Positions 28,851-38,183 of a DNA stretch of 64,000 nucleotides are shown here, piece after piece. The number at the start of each line of letters is the position of its first letter. Position 1 is the first letter of the stretch. The notes beneath the pieces are model-generated. The model was given only the letters and a program-made list of their open reading frames with translations. It was not told the DNA's origin and did no database searches. The position numbers and the translations under genes were made by a program. The DNA is from Chitinophagaceae bacterium (GTDB lineage: Bacteria > Bacteroidota > Bacteroidia > Chitinophagales > Chitinophagaceae), in contig JBGALE010000010.1 of the NCBI GenBank assembly GCA_044223995.1, positions 65,561-129,560 on the forward strand. The letters are read 5' to 3'.

Positions 28851-31800
28851 TTATTGAATGACCAATTTCTGGGTTGATACCTCTTTGCTGCCCACGACTT
28901 TAATGGTATATAAACCTTTTGACAAACCACCGATTGATATCTCAGTATTGTGTATGCCCTGCGCCATCGCCTGTTGTTTTACAATTTTGCCATTCATATC
29001 TATCAATTGTACCAGTAATCGCTCATTAATATTCTCCATGGAAATTTTTATAAAACTGCTGGCCGGGTTGGGTGAAATCTTTACTACTGGTTGATTCGTG
29101 AATACCAGTTTTACCACTTTCGAATAGGCAAACTTATTATCCGCATCTACCATTTTGAGACGATAGTAATTATTGCCGCCAATGGGTGATCCATCATTAA
29201 AGGTGTAAGCCGAAGCTTTCCCTTTTGCAGACACTGTTCCAATATTACTGAAGCGGCTTCCATCAGCGGCCCTTTCTATCACAAATTCTTTTGTATTGGT
29301 CTCTTCCGCGGTTGTCCAGTTAATGGCAACAATTCTATTTTGTTTTACAGCATTAAAATCAACCAGCTTCACGGGTAATACCGCTGCATCAAACGCATAC
29401 CGCGTAAACACAGGATAGTGATCTGAAGTAGTGGTTCCATAACTTGGAATTACACTCGTAACATCCGTTAAGATGCTGGACGATGCACTCATATAAAATG
29501 CCTTCATCTCATTTGACAACATTACATGGTCTATTACATCATTGAAACTTACAGTTGATTTTTTACCCGCCAAACTCAAAGCAAGTGTTGGTGAAAAGAA
29601 ATTAGTATTGTCCGTCGTAAATGCACTGTAAGATGTTGTGGTAAATCCATCCGTGATACTCTGATCCAAATCATCGTTGAAATCACCCAGCAATATGATA
29701 TTGTCATTTGGATAAAGATTATTGAGCGTAAAGTGCAAGGTATCTGAGCCCCTCTTCCTCCTGTCATAAGCGGTAGCAGTTGGAGATGTATTGGCTTTTG
29801 CATGCAGCAATACAAAACGGATTGTTTTGGTATCACCATTCAAATTAACATCGGCTGTCATCATGAATGGGAAACGTCCGCTGGAGAAATAATTGTAGGC
29901 AGGATTGGTAAGATCTGCACTACTGTTAATTCCCTGTGTCAACAATGGTGTAGTGCTGATATTGCTAAACATGGAAGTTTTGTAAACGAATGCTTCTTTT
30001 TGTGCTTCTGAAAGTGGGGTAGCGCCTGCTTCGTTGATATTGGTATGCGATCCGTAGTTACAAATAACATAGGAATACCCCGGCATCTGGCTCACTATAT
30101 TGGCAAGCCTTGCCTCATCAACCACTTCAACCAGCCCATACAAATCTGCACCGGTATTTTGTAAAACTGTTTTTACGTTTTGTTCCTGCAGGTTATCATT
30201 TGTTGGCCCGAGTGTGGTGCTTCCAAACCATTCCAGGTTCCAGTTTACTACTTCCAGTGTCTTTATGGGATCAATGCTGCTACCCTTGAGGTTAATCAAT
30301 GTATCTGCAACACCTGTAGTAGAAACAGTAACCATTCCGGTAAAATTCTTATCATTTAATGCAGGTGCAAATTGCACATACACCGTTTTAATGATATTAT
30401 TTGCTTCTGGCTGTGTAAATGAAACAGAAGAAGTAAATGTGGTGTTGTCCGTCGACAGCAGGAAACTTCCTGCCGCCGTTATGGTAAGCAGCCCGGTAAT
30501 ATCATTTCCGGTAACGGTAAATGTTTTTGTACTGGTTGCGCCGCCTGCTACATATCCGAATTGTATATCATCGGTGCTCAGCGTTAGTGAAGCTGGTGGC
30601 GGTGTGGCAGAATTATTAAGACTGATGTCGTCCAGTGTCCAACGGGCGCCGTCATCTGCACTTGAAGTATAAACAAACGCAATGTGCACATTCGCCGATT
30701 TAAAAGCAGCCAGGTTGATCCCATCTGACAAAGTCCATACATCTGTTGTCTGGCCGGGGAATTTGCCATTAATATCTGTCCAGGTAAAGTTTCTCGGATC
30801 GCCGGAACCAGGATAGTCTGTAGAAATTTTCAACTGAAGTGGCGAACCATTGAACCTCGTACGGCTGTAAAAAGATAATATCGGGAAAGTTGTTGCAGTA
30901 AGGTCAAATGATGGTGAAATCAACCAGTCTTCGTTTGGAATATTGGTTACATCAAATCCATTTATCTGCAGCCCGTACGCAGCACTGCCGGTAGGCGGAT
31001 TATTCGCATCGCGGCCAAATGTAGTACATGCCCAAACCTGCGGCCCTACTGCGCTGAAAGCAGTAAAACCTTCGGAAGGTACAGACGAACAAACATTAAA
31101 TGTAGCATTAAATAATAAAGTGCCGGTGGTAAATGTCCATGTACTGCTGCCTGCGATACCTGCGAAACTATTATTCGCCAAGTCCTTTATCGCTCCATTA
31201 TCTATTTCAATATAATAACCTGTGTTGGCCGCAAGGCCCGATAAACTAATTACTGCATGAGTACCTGACACAGCAACAGCCGTACTGCTGACATCGATTG
31301 TTTGTACAATACTATTATCGCTGGTTTTTTTCACCACGATATTGCCGGTACCTTTTTGTATGTTCTCGTCAAATGTTATCTCAGCCGATACCGTCGATGC
31401 CACGCCAGTGCTGCTGTTGGCAGGGTTCAGCGTCAGCAGCAACGGCGGTGTATTATCTGCGGGGTTAGTTTCCACACTGAGATCATCTATCCCCAATCCA
31501 TCATCTGCACCGCTGACATCCAGGTCATTCCAGCGAACAAAGAATGTGGAACCATTTGTTATGGATAATCCTGTAATGGTGAATGCAACGGGCCCACTGT
31601 TGGCACCCGCGTTTCCATCCAGGGCTCCTACGGTTCCGGTGGAATTGGGAGCGATAAAGTCGAGTTGGTCCACATCCAGCCAGGTGCCATCCGTCAATGT
31701 TGTAGCATCTGTACTGTATTGAAAATCCAGCCGGTCGTTTCTACCGGTACCGCCTAAACGCCATTGCTTGCCGGTGTAAGCGATACGCAATGATGTAATC

Positions 31801-33092
31801 GTTGAGCCGGTGTTATTGATAAAGCTGCCGCCAAAACTTGGTGCAAGACTGCCTGTTCTTAATCCGCCAAGTGTCCGGTCGGCGCTGGCTGCTGCCCCAA
31901 AACTATACGTATCACCTGTATTGGAAGACCCGGTACCTGCGGTATAACTGGTATTGGCTGCTGTGCCGCTTTCGGCAATTATCCATCCTGTTGGCAGCGA
32001 CGTCGATGTACCAGTATTTGCAAGTGTATTAAAATCCTGCGTATAAATCGCACCGGTTAAAGAAATTGGTGCTACATCATTGTCAATGACATTGATTGCA
32101 GCGGTTGGCCCTGTAATGGTATAACCATTGCTCGCAGTATTCAGCGTAATAATAATTGTTTCACTGGGCTCAGGTGTTGCATCATCTGTTACATTCAGGG
32201 TAACAGTCCCTGAAGTAGCGCCCTGAGGGATCGTAATGGCTCCTGCTTGCGGATCGGTGTAGTCTGTATTTTGCAGCGCAGTCCCACTCAGGGAATAGGT
32301 GATAGTAACACCGCCCGCCGGTGCAGCACTGGTGAGGTTTACGGTAAATGTGCCATTGGTTGCCGGTTCTGCCATATCTGCTCCGGCATTTGCAGTGACA
32401 TTGGTGGTGACAGCGCCGCTGGTACTGATGGTAAAATCGTCAATGGCCAAACCATCATCCGCACCGGATGCATTGAGGTCATTCCAGCGGATAAAAAAAG
32501 CAGCTCCATCAGGAATGGATAAACCAGTCAGGGTGAAAGTAATATTGGTCCTGTTGGCGGCGGCATTGCCATCCAGCGCCCCAGTGGCGCCGGTTTGCAC
32601 GGGTGCCGTAAAATCCAATGCATCTGCATCAATATATGTTCCGGAAGAAATGCTGGTTGCAGTAAGGCTATACTGAAAATCCATTCTGTCCACTCTACCG
32701 GTAGCGCCTAAACGCCATTGTTCACCGGTATAGGTGATGGTCAATGAAGTAACGGTACTGCCGGTATTATTGACAAAAGAGGCCCCAATAGTGGGAACCA
32801 CACTACCTGACTGCAATCCTCCAAAAGCTCTTTCAGTACTGGCTGCCGCCCCGAAACTATAACTATCACCCGCAGTGGCAGATCCGGTTCCTGCAGAATA
32901 GGTTGCATTCGCTCCCGTACCTGTTTCAGACAAAAGCCATCCCGATGGCAACACACTGGATGTACCGGTATTAGCAAGTGTATTAAAATCCTGGGTATAA
33001 GGCGCCCCGGTAAGACTGATTGACTGGGCACTGGATGACAGCGTAGATAACAGCAGGAACAATGATGTTATCGAAAAGCACATTTTCTTCAT
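28851..33092 (-). CDS. giant T9SS-secreted multidomain protein: 2x uncharacterised 198-aa module, Calx-beta, Ig-like, MAM/choice-of-anchor-like, endonuclease/exonuclease/phosphatase (EEP) domain, type-A CTD
   Basis: Start set to MKKMCFSITSLFLLLSTLSSSAQS (ATG 33092), a signal peptide. Calx-beta-like FTVNLTSAAPAGGVTITYSLSGTALQNTDYTD..VTLNVTDDATPEPSETIIITL. EEP-like LEVVNWNLEWFG...GLVEV...LLGDFN...SDHYPVFTRY. C-terminus ISPNPASSFIKISMEN..LYTIKVVGSKEVSTQKLVIQ is a Por_Secre_tail. Confidence 0.85.
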   Translation of the reverse strand: MKKMCFSITSLFLLLSTLSSSAQSISLTGAPYTQDFNTLANTGTSSVLPSGWLLSETGTGANATYSAGTGSATAGDSYSFGAAASTERAFGGLQSGSVVPTIGASFVNNTGSTVTSLTITYTGEQWRLGATGRVDRMDFQYSLTATSISSGTYIDADALDFTAPVQTGATGALDGNAAANRTNITFTLTGLSIPDGAAFFIRWNDLNASGADDGLAIDDFTISTSGAVTTNVTANAGADMAEPATNGTFTVNLTSAAPAGGVTITYSLSGTALQNTDYTDPQAGAITIPQGATSGTVTLNVTDDATPEPSETIIITLNTASNGYTITGPTAAINVIDNDVAPISLTGAIYTQDFNTLANTGTSTSLPTGWIIAESGTAANTSYTAGTGSSNTGDTYSFGAAASADRTLGGLRTGSLAPSFGGSFINNTGSTITSLRIAYTGKQWRLGGTGRNDRLDFQYSTDATTLTDGTWLDVDQLDFIAPNSTGTVGALDGNAGANSGPVAFTITGLSITNGSTFFVRWNDLDVSGADDGLGIDDLSVETNPADNTPPLLLTLNPANSSTGVASTVSAEITFDENIQKGTGNIVVKKTSDNSIVQTIDVSSTAVAVSGTHAVISLSGLAANTGYYIEIDNGAIKDLANNSFAGIAGSSTWTFTTGTLLFNATFNVCSSVPSEGFTAFSAVGPQVWACTTFGRDANNPPTGSAAYGLQINGFDVTNIPNEDWLISPSFDLTATTFPILSFYSRTRFNGSPLQLKISTDYPGSGDPRNFTWTDINGKFPGQTTDVWTLSDGINLAAFKSANVHIAFVYTSSADDGARWTLDDISLNNSATPPPASLTLSTDDIQFGYVAGGATSTKTFTVTGNDITGLLTITAAGSFLLSTDNTTFTSSVSFTQPEANNIIKTVYVQFAPALNDKNFTGMVTVSTTGVADTLINLKGSSIDPIKTLEVVNWNLEWFGSTTLGPTNDNLQEQNVKTVLQNTGADLYGLVEVVDEARLANIVSQMPGYSYVICNYGSHTNINEAGATPLSEAQKEAFVYKTSMFSNISTTPLLTQGINSSADLTNPAYNYFSSGRFPFMMTADVNLNGDTKTIRFVLLHAKANTSPTATAYDRRKRGSDTLHFTLNNLYPNDNIILLGDFNDDLDQSITDGFTTTSYSAFTTDNTNFFSPTLALSLAGKKSTVSFNDVIDHVMLSNEMKAFYMSASSSILTDVTSVIPSYGTTTSDHYPVFTRYAFDAAVLPVKLVDFNAVKQNRIVAINWTTAEETNTKEFVIERAADGSRFSNIGTVSAKGKASAYTFNDGSPIGGNNYYRLKMVDADNKFAYSKVVKLVFTNQPVVKISPNPASSFIKISMENINERLLVQLIDMNGKIVKQQAMAQGIHNTEISIGGLSKGLYTIKVVGSKEVSTQKLVIQ
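28854..29084 (-). other. T9SS type-A C-terminal sorting domain (domain of the CDS above)
   Basis: Last ~77 aa: KISPNPASSFIKISMENINERLLVQLIDMNGKIVKQQAMAQGIHNTEISIGGLSKGLYTIKVVGSKEVSTQKLVIQ. Confidence 0.8.
29397..30260 (-). other. EEP (endonuclease/exonuclease/phosphatase) fold domain of the CDS above
   Basis: ORF-track aa ~986-1273: N-terminal NWNLEWF, mid GLVEV, LLGDFND, terminal DHYPV. These are conserved EEP catalytic-motif positions. Confidence 0.7.
31473..32066 (-). repeat. intragenic module copy 2 (ORF-track aa 384-581)
   Basis: ISLTGAIYTQDFNTLANTGTSTSLPTGW...YTGKQWRLGGTGRNDRLDFQYS...FFVRWNDLDVSGADDGLGIDDLSVE aligns without gaps to copy 1. Confidence 0.9.
32427..33020 (-). repeat. intragenic module copy 1 (ORF-track aa 66-263)
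   Basis: ISLTGAPYTQDFNTLANTGTSSVLPSGW...YTGEQWRLGATGRVDRMDFQYS...FFIRWNDLNASGADDGLAIDDFTIS. Same 198-aa length as copy 2 and roughly two thirds identical by eye. Confidence 0.9.
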
Positions 33093-33377
33093 AACAATGA
33101 TAGTTTTGGTGTGGTAAAAAGTAACTGACTTAATAAATGTGTGTAATGTGGCTTCAAAGGACAGGATCAGGTGGTGGGGCTGAAAGGGGATGACAAAAGT
33201 AGTTACCTGCCACAATTGAATCGCTTTTCGGTGCTAAGTAATTATTAACATTATCAAAAATCCATATTTGCCACTATGACAGATTTTATCTGCATGGCAT
33301 TGGGTTTGATGAACGTGGTTGGTAATAATAACATAACGGACAGTCCTAATACTGCTGACTAAATAAAAATCTATATT

Positions 33378-35198
33378 ATGCAAAAGGGTTCTATCAGGGT
33401 TCAGACGGAGAATATCTTCCCGATTATTAAAAAATTCTTATACAGCGAACATGATATTTTTCTCCGGGAACTGGTGAGCAATGCGGTGGATGCAACGCAA
33501 AAAATCAAAACACTTTCCTCCATCGGTGAAGCCAAAGGCGAACTGGGCGACTTAAGAGTAGATATAAAACTGGACGTCCCGGCAAAAACTATTACCATTT
33601 CCGACAATGGTGTAGGCATGACAGCAGAAGAAATAGATAAATACATAAACCAGGTGGCTTTTAGCGGTGCAGAAGAATTTTTGAACAAATACAAGGGGCA
33701 AAACGAAGCAAATATCATTGGTCATTTCGGGCTGGGTTTTTATTCTTCCTTCATGGTGAGCGAAAAAGTTGAGATATTCAGTAAAAGCTTCCGGGAAGAT
33801 GCCAACGCCGTTCGATGGGAATGCGATGGCAGCCCCGAATTTATACTTGAAGAAGCCGGTAAACCGAGCCGTGGTACCGACATCGTTTTACACATCAACG
33901 AAGAAAGCAAAGAATTCCTGGAGGCAGAAAGATTAAAGTCTATTCTGCAGAAATTCTGCCGTTTCCTTCCGGTTGTCATTTATTTTGAAGGTGAACAAAT
34001 TAATAATACTAACCCCGCATGGACAAAAAAACCCAGTGAATTAACTACTGAAGATTATCAGAATTTTTACAAAGAATTGTACCCTTACAACGAAGCGCCC
34101 TTGTTTTGGATACACCTGAATGTTGATTATCCATTTAACCTTACAGGCATTTTATATTTCCCGAAAATCAAACAGAGCTACGAAATACAGAAGGATAAAA
34201 TACAATTGTACAGCAACCAGGTATTTGTTACTGATGAGGTGAAGGATATTGTTCCGGAATTTCTAATGTTGCTCCAGGGCGTTATTGACAGTCCGGATAT
34301 CCCGCTGAATGTAAGCCGCAGTTATTTACAGGGTGACCCAAATGTCAAAAAAATAAACAACCATATAACAAAAAAGGTAGCGGATAAACTGGAAGAGATA
34401 TTCAACAACGATCGTGCATCATTTGAGAGCAAGTGGGAAAGCCTGGGCCTGTTTGTAAAATATGGTATGATGACCGATGACAAATTCCTTGACAAGGCAA
34501 ATAAGTTCCATATCATGGAAGATTCTTCTGAAAAGAAGTTTTATACGCTCGAGGAATACCGTTCAGCGACGGAAGCATTGCAGAAAAACAAAGACGGTAA
34601 GCTCACTATCATCTATACAACGGACCCAGTACAACAGGACAGTTATATACAAGCGGCCAAAGAAAAGGGATACAAGATTGTAAAAATGGAAACGCTGATT
34701 GATGCTGCATTCATCAATACAGTGGAATCAAAATGGAGCGATGTACACTTTACAAGGGTTGATGCTGATATAGCAGATAACTTAGTGGACAAACAGGACG
34801 ACAGGGACTCTGCTTTGACAAAAGACGAGGCAGATAAATTAAAAGCCTTGTTTGAATCAAATGCAACCAATGTGCATGCAACCATAGAAATAAAAGGCTT
34901 GAGCGCCGAAGCACCGCCGGTTATCGCTACCAGGCCGGAATTTATGCGCCGCATGAAAGATATGGCTGCTGTGAGTGGCCAGATGGGTGGCTTTTATGCC
35001 GGCATGCCCGATGAAGTCACATTAACAGTAAACGGCAATCACTCCATTTACCAGTCGGTGTTAGCAGAGAACAATAAAGACAAGCAGGAAAAATTTATTC
35101 ATAACCTGGCCGATTTAGCATTATTATCACAGGGACTGCTGAAAGGGAATAACCTGACGGCATTCATTGGAAGAAGTGTAGAGCTGATGCAGGGTTAA
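33378..35198 (+). CDS. htpG: molecular chaperone HtpG (Hsp90)
   Basis: FLRELVSNAVDA, ISDNGVGMT, IGHFGLGFYSSFMV, LNVSRSYLQ. 606 aa. Confidence 0.95.
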   Translation: MQKGSIRVQTENIFPIIKKFLYSEHDIFLRELVSNAVDATQKIKTLSSIGEAKGELGDLRVDIKLDVPAKTITISDNGVGMTAEEIDKYINQVAFSGAEEFLNKYKGQNEANIIGHFGLGFYSSFMVSEKVEIFSKSFREDANAVRWECDGSPEFILEEAGKPSRGTDIVLHINEESKEFLEAERLKSILQKFCRFLPVVIYFEGEQINNTNPAWTKKPSELTTEDYQNFYKELYPYNEAPLFWIHLNVDYPFNLTGILYFPKIKQSYEIQKDKIQLYSNQVFVTDEVKDIVPEFLMLLQGVIDSPDIPLNVSRSYLQGDPNVKKINNHITKKVADKLEEIFNNDRASFESKWESLGLFVKYGMMTDDKFLDKANKFHIMEDSSEKKFYTLEEYRSATEALQKNKDGKLTIIYTTDPVQQDSYIQAAKEKGYKIVKMETLIDAAFINTVESKWSDVHFTRVDADIADNLVDKQDDRDSALTKDEADKLKALFESNATNVHATIEIKGLSAEAPPVIATRPEFMRRMKDMAAVSGQMGGFYAGMPDEVTLTVNGNHSIYQSVLAENNKDKQEKFIHNLADLALLSQGLLKGNNLTAFIGRSVELMQG

Positions 35199-35221
35199 TA
35201 AAACAATTCATTGAATTCATT

Positions 35222-35254
35222 AAAAGAGATGCAGCAATGTGTCTCTTTTTTTTT
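35222..35254 (+). terminator. probable terminator after htpG
   Basis: AAAAGAGA...TCTCTTTT stem (12-nt loop) followed by a long T-run. The stem is AT-rich, so confidence is moderate. Confidence 0.5.
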
Positions 35255-35284
35255 ATTAAGCTATCCCAGGACAGTTACGAATTA

Positions 35285-36994
35285 TTATGATTTTGATAAT
35301 TTAATATCGATAATCTTTAGCTGCAGGCTCTTGTTACCATTCCACTCGTTTTCATCGAGTGTAAATACAATATCAATCGGTTGTTTTACCAGTAAAAGAC
35401 TGAACTTATCCGCCAGGCCGAACCCAATCCCGGTAAACGCTATATCATTTTGCTGTAGCGTAAACCTGATGTGATCCTCCTTGACTATTTTCGACCAGCC
35501 ACTGTCGTTTACATGTCGCGTCAGGAATACCGGCCGCATATTGCCCGGGCCAAAGGGTTCCATTTGCGAAAGGATATTATAAAGTGATTGCGTGAGATCA
35601 GAGAAGCGCACTTCCGCTTCTATATTTATTTCAGGAATTAACAGATGCGGATCGATGGTAGCCTGGATCACCTCTTCAAATTTATTACTGAAGGATTCTA
35701 CCTGCTCGGGCAACAGTGTCATTCCCGCTGCCGCAAAATGTCCGCCATAGCCAAGCAAATGCTCCCTGCATGCATGAATGGCTTCATATAAATTAAAACC
35801 TGCCACACTCCTTGCGCTGCCAGCTACTATTTCACCACTTTTGGTCAATACAATCGTAGGACGGTAATATTTTTCAATCAAACGTGATGCAACGATACCT
35901 ACCACTCCTTTGTGCCAGTGCGGCTGAAAAACAACGGTAGATTTTCGGTTAACCAGCACCGGGTCGTTCTCTATTAATGCAAACGCTTCCCTGGTAATAT
36001 TGCCATCGGCTTCCTTCCTGTCTGTATTATCACTGTGAAGCATAGCCGCAAATTCCATCGCCTTGTTTACATCTTTTTCGACAAATAGCAGAACCGCTTT
36101 CCTGGCATCGTCCATTCGTCCCGCCGCATTTACACGCGGTGCAATGATAAACACAAGGTTACTGATGTTCATCACAGATTTCTTCATTCCGCTTAATTCT
36201 ATCAACGCTTTAATTCCTGCACAGGGTTGCTCATTTACACGTTTCAATCCGTAAAATGCCATAGTCCTGTTTTCTCCTGTCATTGGTACGATGTCGGCGG
36301 CGATGGCCGTGGCAAGCAGGTCGAGATAACAATAAATATCTTCATCTGGTAATCCAAGATGATTGGCCAGTGCTGTGATCAATTTAAACCCAACCCCGCA
36401 TCCACACAATTCCTTGTATGGATATTCACATCCCGGCTGTTTCGGGTTAAGTATAGCGACAGCAACTGGAAGTTCGGCATCGGGTAAATGGTGGTCACAA
36501 ACAATGAAATTTATTCCATTGTCTTTGGCATATCGGATGAGATCAACTGATTTAATACCGCAGTCGAGTGAAATAACAAGTGTAAAACCATTTTCCTTTG
36601 CAAAATCAATACCCATTTTTGAAACACCATAGCCTTCGCGATAACGGTGAGGAATGTAAAAATCCAACAGTGAAGGATCATAAATTTTTTGGAGAAACTG
36701 GTACATGCACGCAACAGACGTAGTACCATCTACATCGTAATCACCGAAAACGAGAATCTTTTCTTTTTTGCTGAAAGCCTCAAAGATTCGTTCAATGGCT
36801 TTGTCCATATCCTTCATCAGCCAGGGATCATAAAGGTCTGAAAGTTGCGGGCGAAAATAATGTTTGGCCTGATCGAAGGTTTCAATACCCCGCTCTTCGA
36901 GAATTTGGCAAATAACAGGGTTTATTTTTAATGCTTCCTGCAGCAGCCGGACTTTGCTTTCATCAGCACTGAGTATGTTCCATCGCTTATCCAT
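35285..36994 (-). CDS. recJ: single-stranded-DNA-specific exonuclease RecJ
   Basis: ILVFGDYDVDGTTS, DCG, FIVCDHH, NPK..., GGH..AAG. DHH/DHHA1 motifs. 569 aa. Confidence 0.95.
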   Translation of the reverse strand: MDKRWNILSADESKVRLLQEALKINPVICQILEERGIETFDQAKHYFRPQLSDLYDPWLMKDMDKAIERIFEAFSKKEKILVFGDYDVDGTTSVACMYQFLQKIYDPSLLDFYIPHRYREGYGVSKMGIDFAKENGFTLVISLDCGIKSVDLIRYAKDNGINFIVCDHHLPDAELPVAVAILNPKQPGCEYPYKELCGCGVGFKLITALANHLGLPDEDIYCYLDLLATAIAADIVPMTGENRTMAFYGLKRVNEQPCAGIKALIELSGMKKSVMNISNLVFIIAPRVNAAGRMDDARKAVLLFVEKDVNKAMEFAAMLHSDNTDRKEADGNITREAFALIENDPVLVNRKSTVVFQPHWHKGVVGIVASRLIEKYYRPTIVLTKSGEIVAGSARSVAGFNLYEAIHACREHLLGYGGHFAAAGMTLLPEQVESFSNKFEEVIQATIDPHLLIPEINIEAEVRFSDLTQSLYNILSQMEPFGPGNMRPVFLTRHVNDSGWSKIVKEDHIRFTLQQNDIAFTGIGFGLADKFSLLLVKQPIDIVFTLDENEWNGNKSLQLKIIDIKLSKS

Positions 36995-37012
36995 GTGCGT
37001 TAAAATAGGGTA

Positions 37013-37975
37013 TCAATATTTTCTGTCGGTAGTAAATCTAACCAATTCTTCCAAAGATCGGCGCACTTCGTTGTCAGGAAATTCATTGAGTATTTGAAGA
37101 GCATTATCGCGGTACTCCTCCATTTTTTGCTGGCTGTAGGAAATCCCACCGCATTTTTTGACCATATCAATTACTATCGCCACTTTTTCCTTGCGGCGAT
37201 TTTCGTTTTTGATAATGTAAATGAGTTCTCTTTTTTGTGACGGCGTACAATGACTGAGCGTATAAATAATGGGGAGCGTTAATTTTTTTTCCCTGATATC
37301 ATTACCCGTTGGTTTACCAACATCTTCGCTACCGTAATCAAACAAATCATCTTTTATCTGGAATGCGATACCAACCCACTCGCCAAACTGTCGCAGCTTT
37401 TGAGTAATAAGCTGATCATGTGTGGTAGAATAAGCACCGGCAGCACAGGCAGATGCCAGCAGGGAGGCCGTTTTATTTTTTATGATTTCGAAGTAAACGG
37501 CTTCTTCCAGGTTCAGGTTCCTGGCTTTTTCAATTTGAAGCAGTTCTCCTTCACTCATTTGCTTGACTGCAGTGGATAAAATTTTCAGTATTTCAAAATC
37601 ATCGTTGTCGAGGGAAAGTAATAATCCTTTTGACAATAAGTAATCTCCCACTAAAACAGCCACTTTATTTTTCCAAAGCGCATTGATGGAAAAAAAGCCA
37701 CGTCTCTCCAGCGATTCATCCACCACATCGTCGTGAACAAGTGTTGCTGTATGTAATAATTCAACAAGTGCGGCGGAACGATAGGTCACATCATTGACTT
37801 CGCCCACCAGTTTCGCGGCGAGCAACACAAACATGGGGCGTAATTGTTTGCCTTTCCTGCGTACGATATAACGCATGATGGTATCGAGCAACGACACATG
37901 GCTTTTTACCGAATCTTTGAAGACTACATCAAAGTTTTCAAGCTCTTTGGCTATGACTGGCGGGGGAAGTTTCAT
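37013..37975 (-). CDS. polyprenyl diphosphate synthase (trans-isoprenyl, long-chain type)
   Basis: GKQLRP, first DDxxD (LVHDDVVD), second DDxxD (FQIKDDLFD), KPTGNDIREKK. Confidence 0.9.
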   Translation of the reverse strand: MKLPPPVIAKELENFDVVFKDSVKSHVSLLDTIMRYIVRRKGKQLRPMFVLLAAKLVGEVNDVTYRSAALVELLHTATLVHDDVVDESLERRGFFSINALWKNKVAVLVGDYLLSKGLLLSLDNDDFEILKILSTAVKQMSEGELLQIEKARNLNLEEAVYFEIIKNKTASLLASACAAGAYSTTHDQLITQKLRQFGEWVGIAFQIKDDLFDYGSEDVGKPTGNDIREKKLTLPIIYTLSHCTPSQKRELIYIIKNENRRKEKVAIVIDMVKKCGGISYSQQKMEEYRDNALQILNEFPDNEVRRSLEELVRFTTDRKY

Positions 37976-38127
37976 CAGTATTTTAGGTCAGGCAAATTAC
38001 AATATTCGCGTTTATGGAGCGCTAATGCAACTTATTTGTTGCTTTAAGTGTCTCAAATCCGTGAATTGCAAGCAACTATAGTTGTTTTTTAGATTGCAAA
38101 AAAATTTGGTATATTTTAACTAAATGA

Positions 38128-38135
38128 TATTTTTG
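38128..38135 (+). promoter_or_regulatory. -7 promoter box TATTTTTG upstream of the TSP3/OmpA gene
   Basis: Exact TAnnTTTG match about 48 nt upstream of the ATG at 38184. Confidence 0.45.
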
Positions 38136-38183
38136 CAAGGTAACGGCATTTTGTATTCGTATTAATCTTCATAAAAACTAGTT

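Noticed and set aside
30100-32676. Several 90-190-aa plus-strand ORFs (30100-30672, 31342-31722, 32299-32676 and others)
   Set aside because: All are antisense to the giant T9SS cargo gene. Its Thr/Gly/Ser/Ala-rich codon usage keeps the opposite strand open. Their sequences are low-complexity (S/V/P/A runs).
33093-33215. N-terminal extensions proposed by the ORF track (this one, and 4290-4358 for folD, 17121-17174 for guaB, 13209-13262 for queE, 25550-25588 for the TlpA-like gene, and others)
   Set aside because: In each case the internal ATG gives a canonical N-terminus or signal peptide. In several cases it sits immediately downstream of a TAnnTTTG box. The extensions are hydrophobic or odd, use non-ATG starts, or overlap neighbouring genes.
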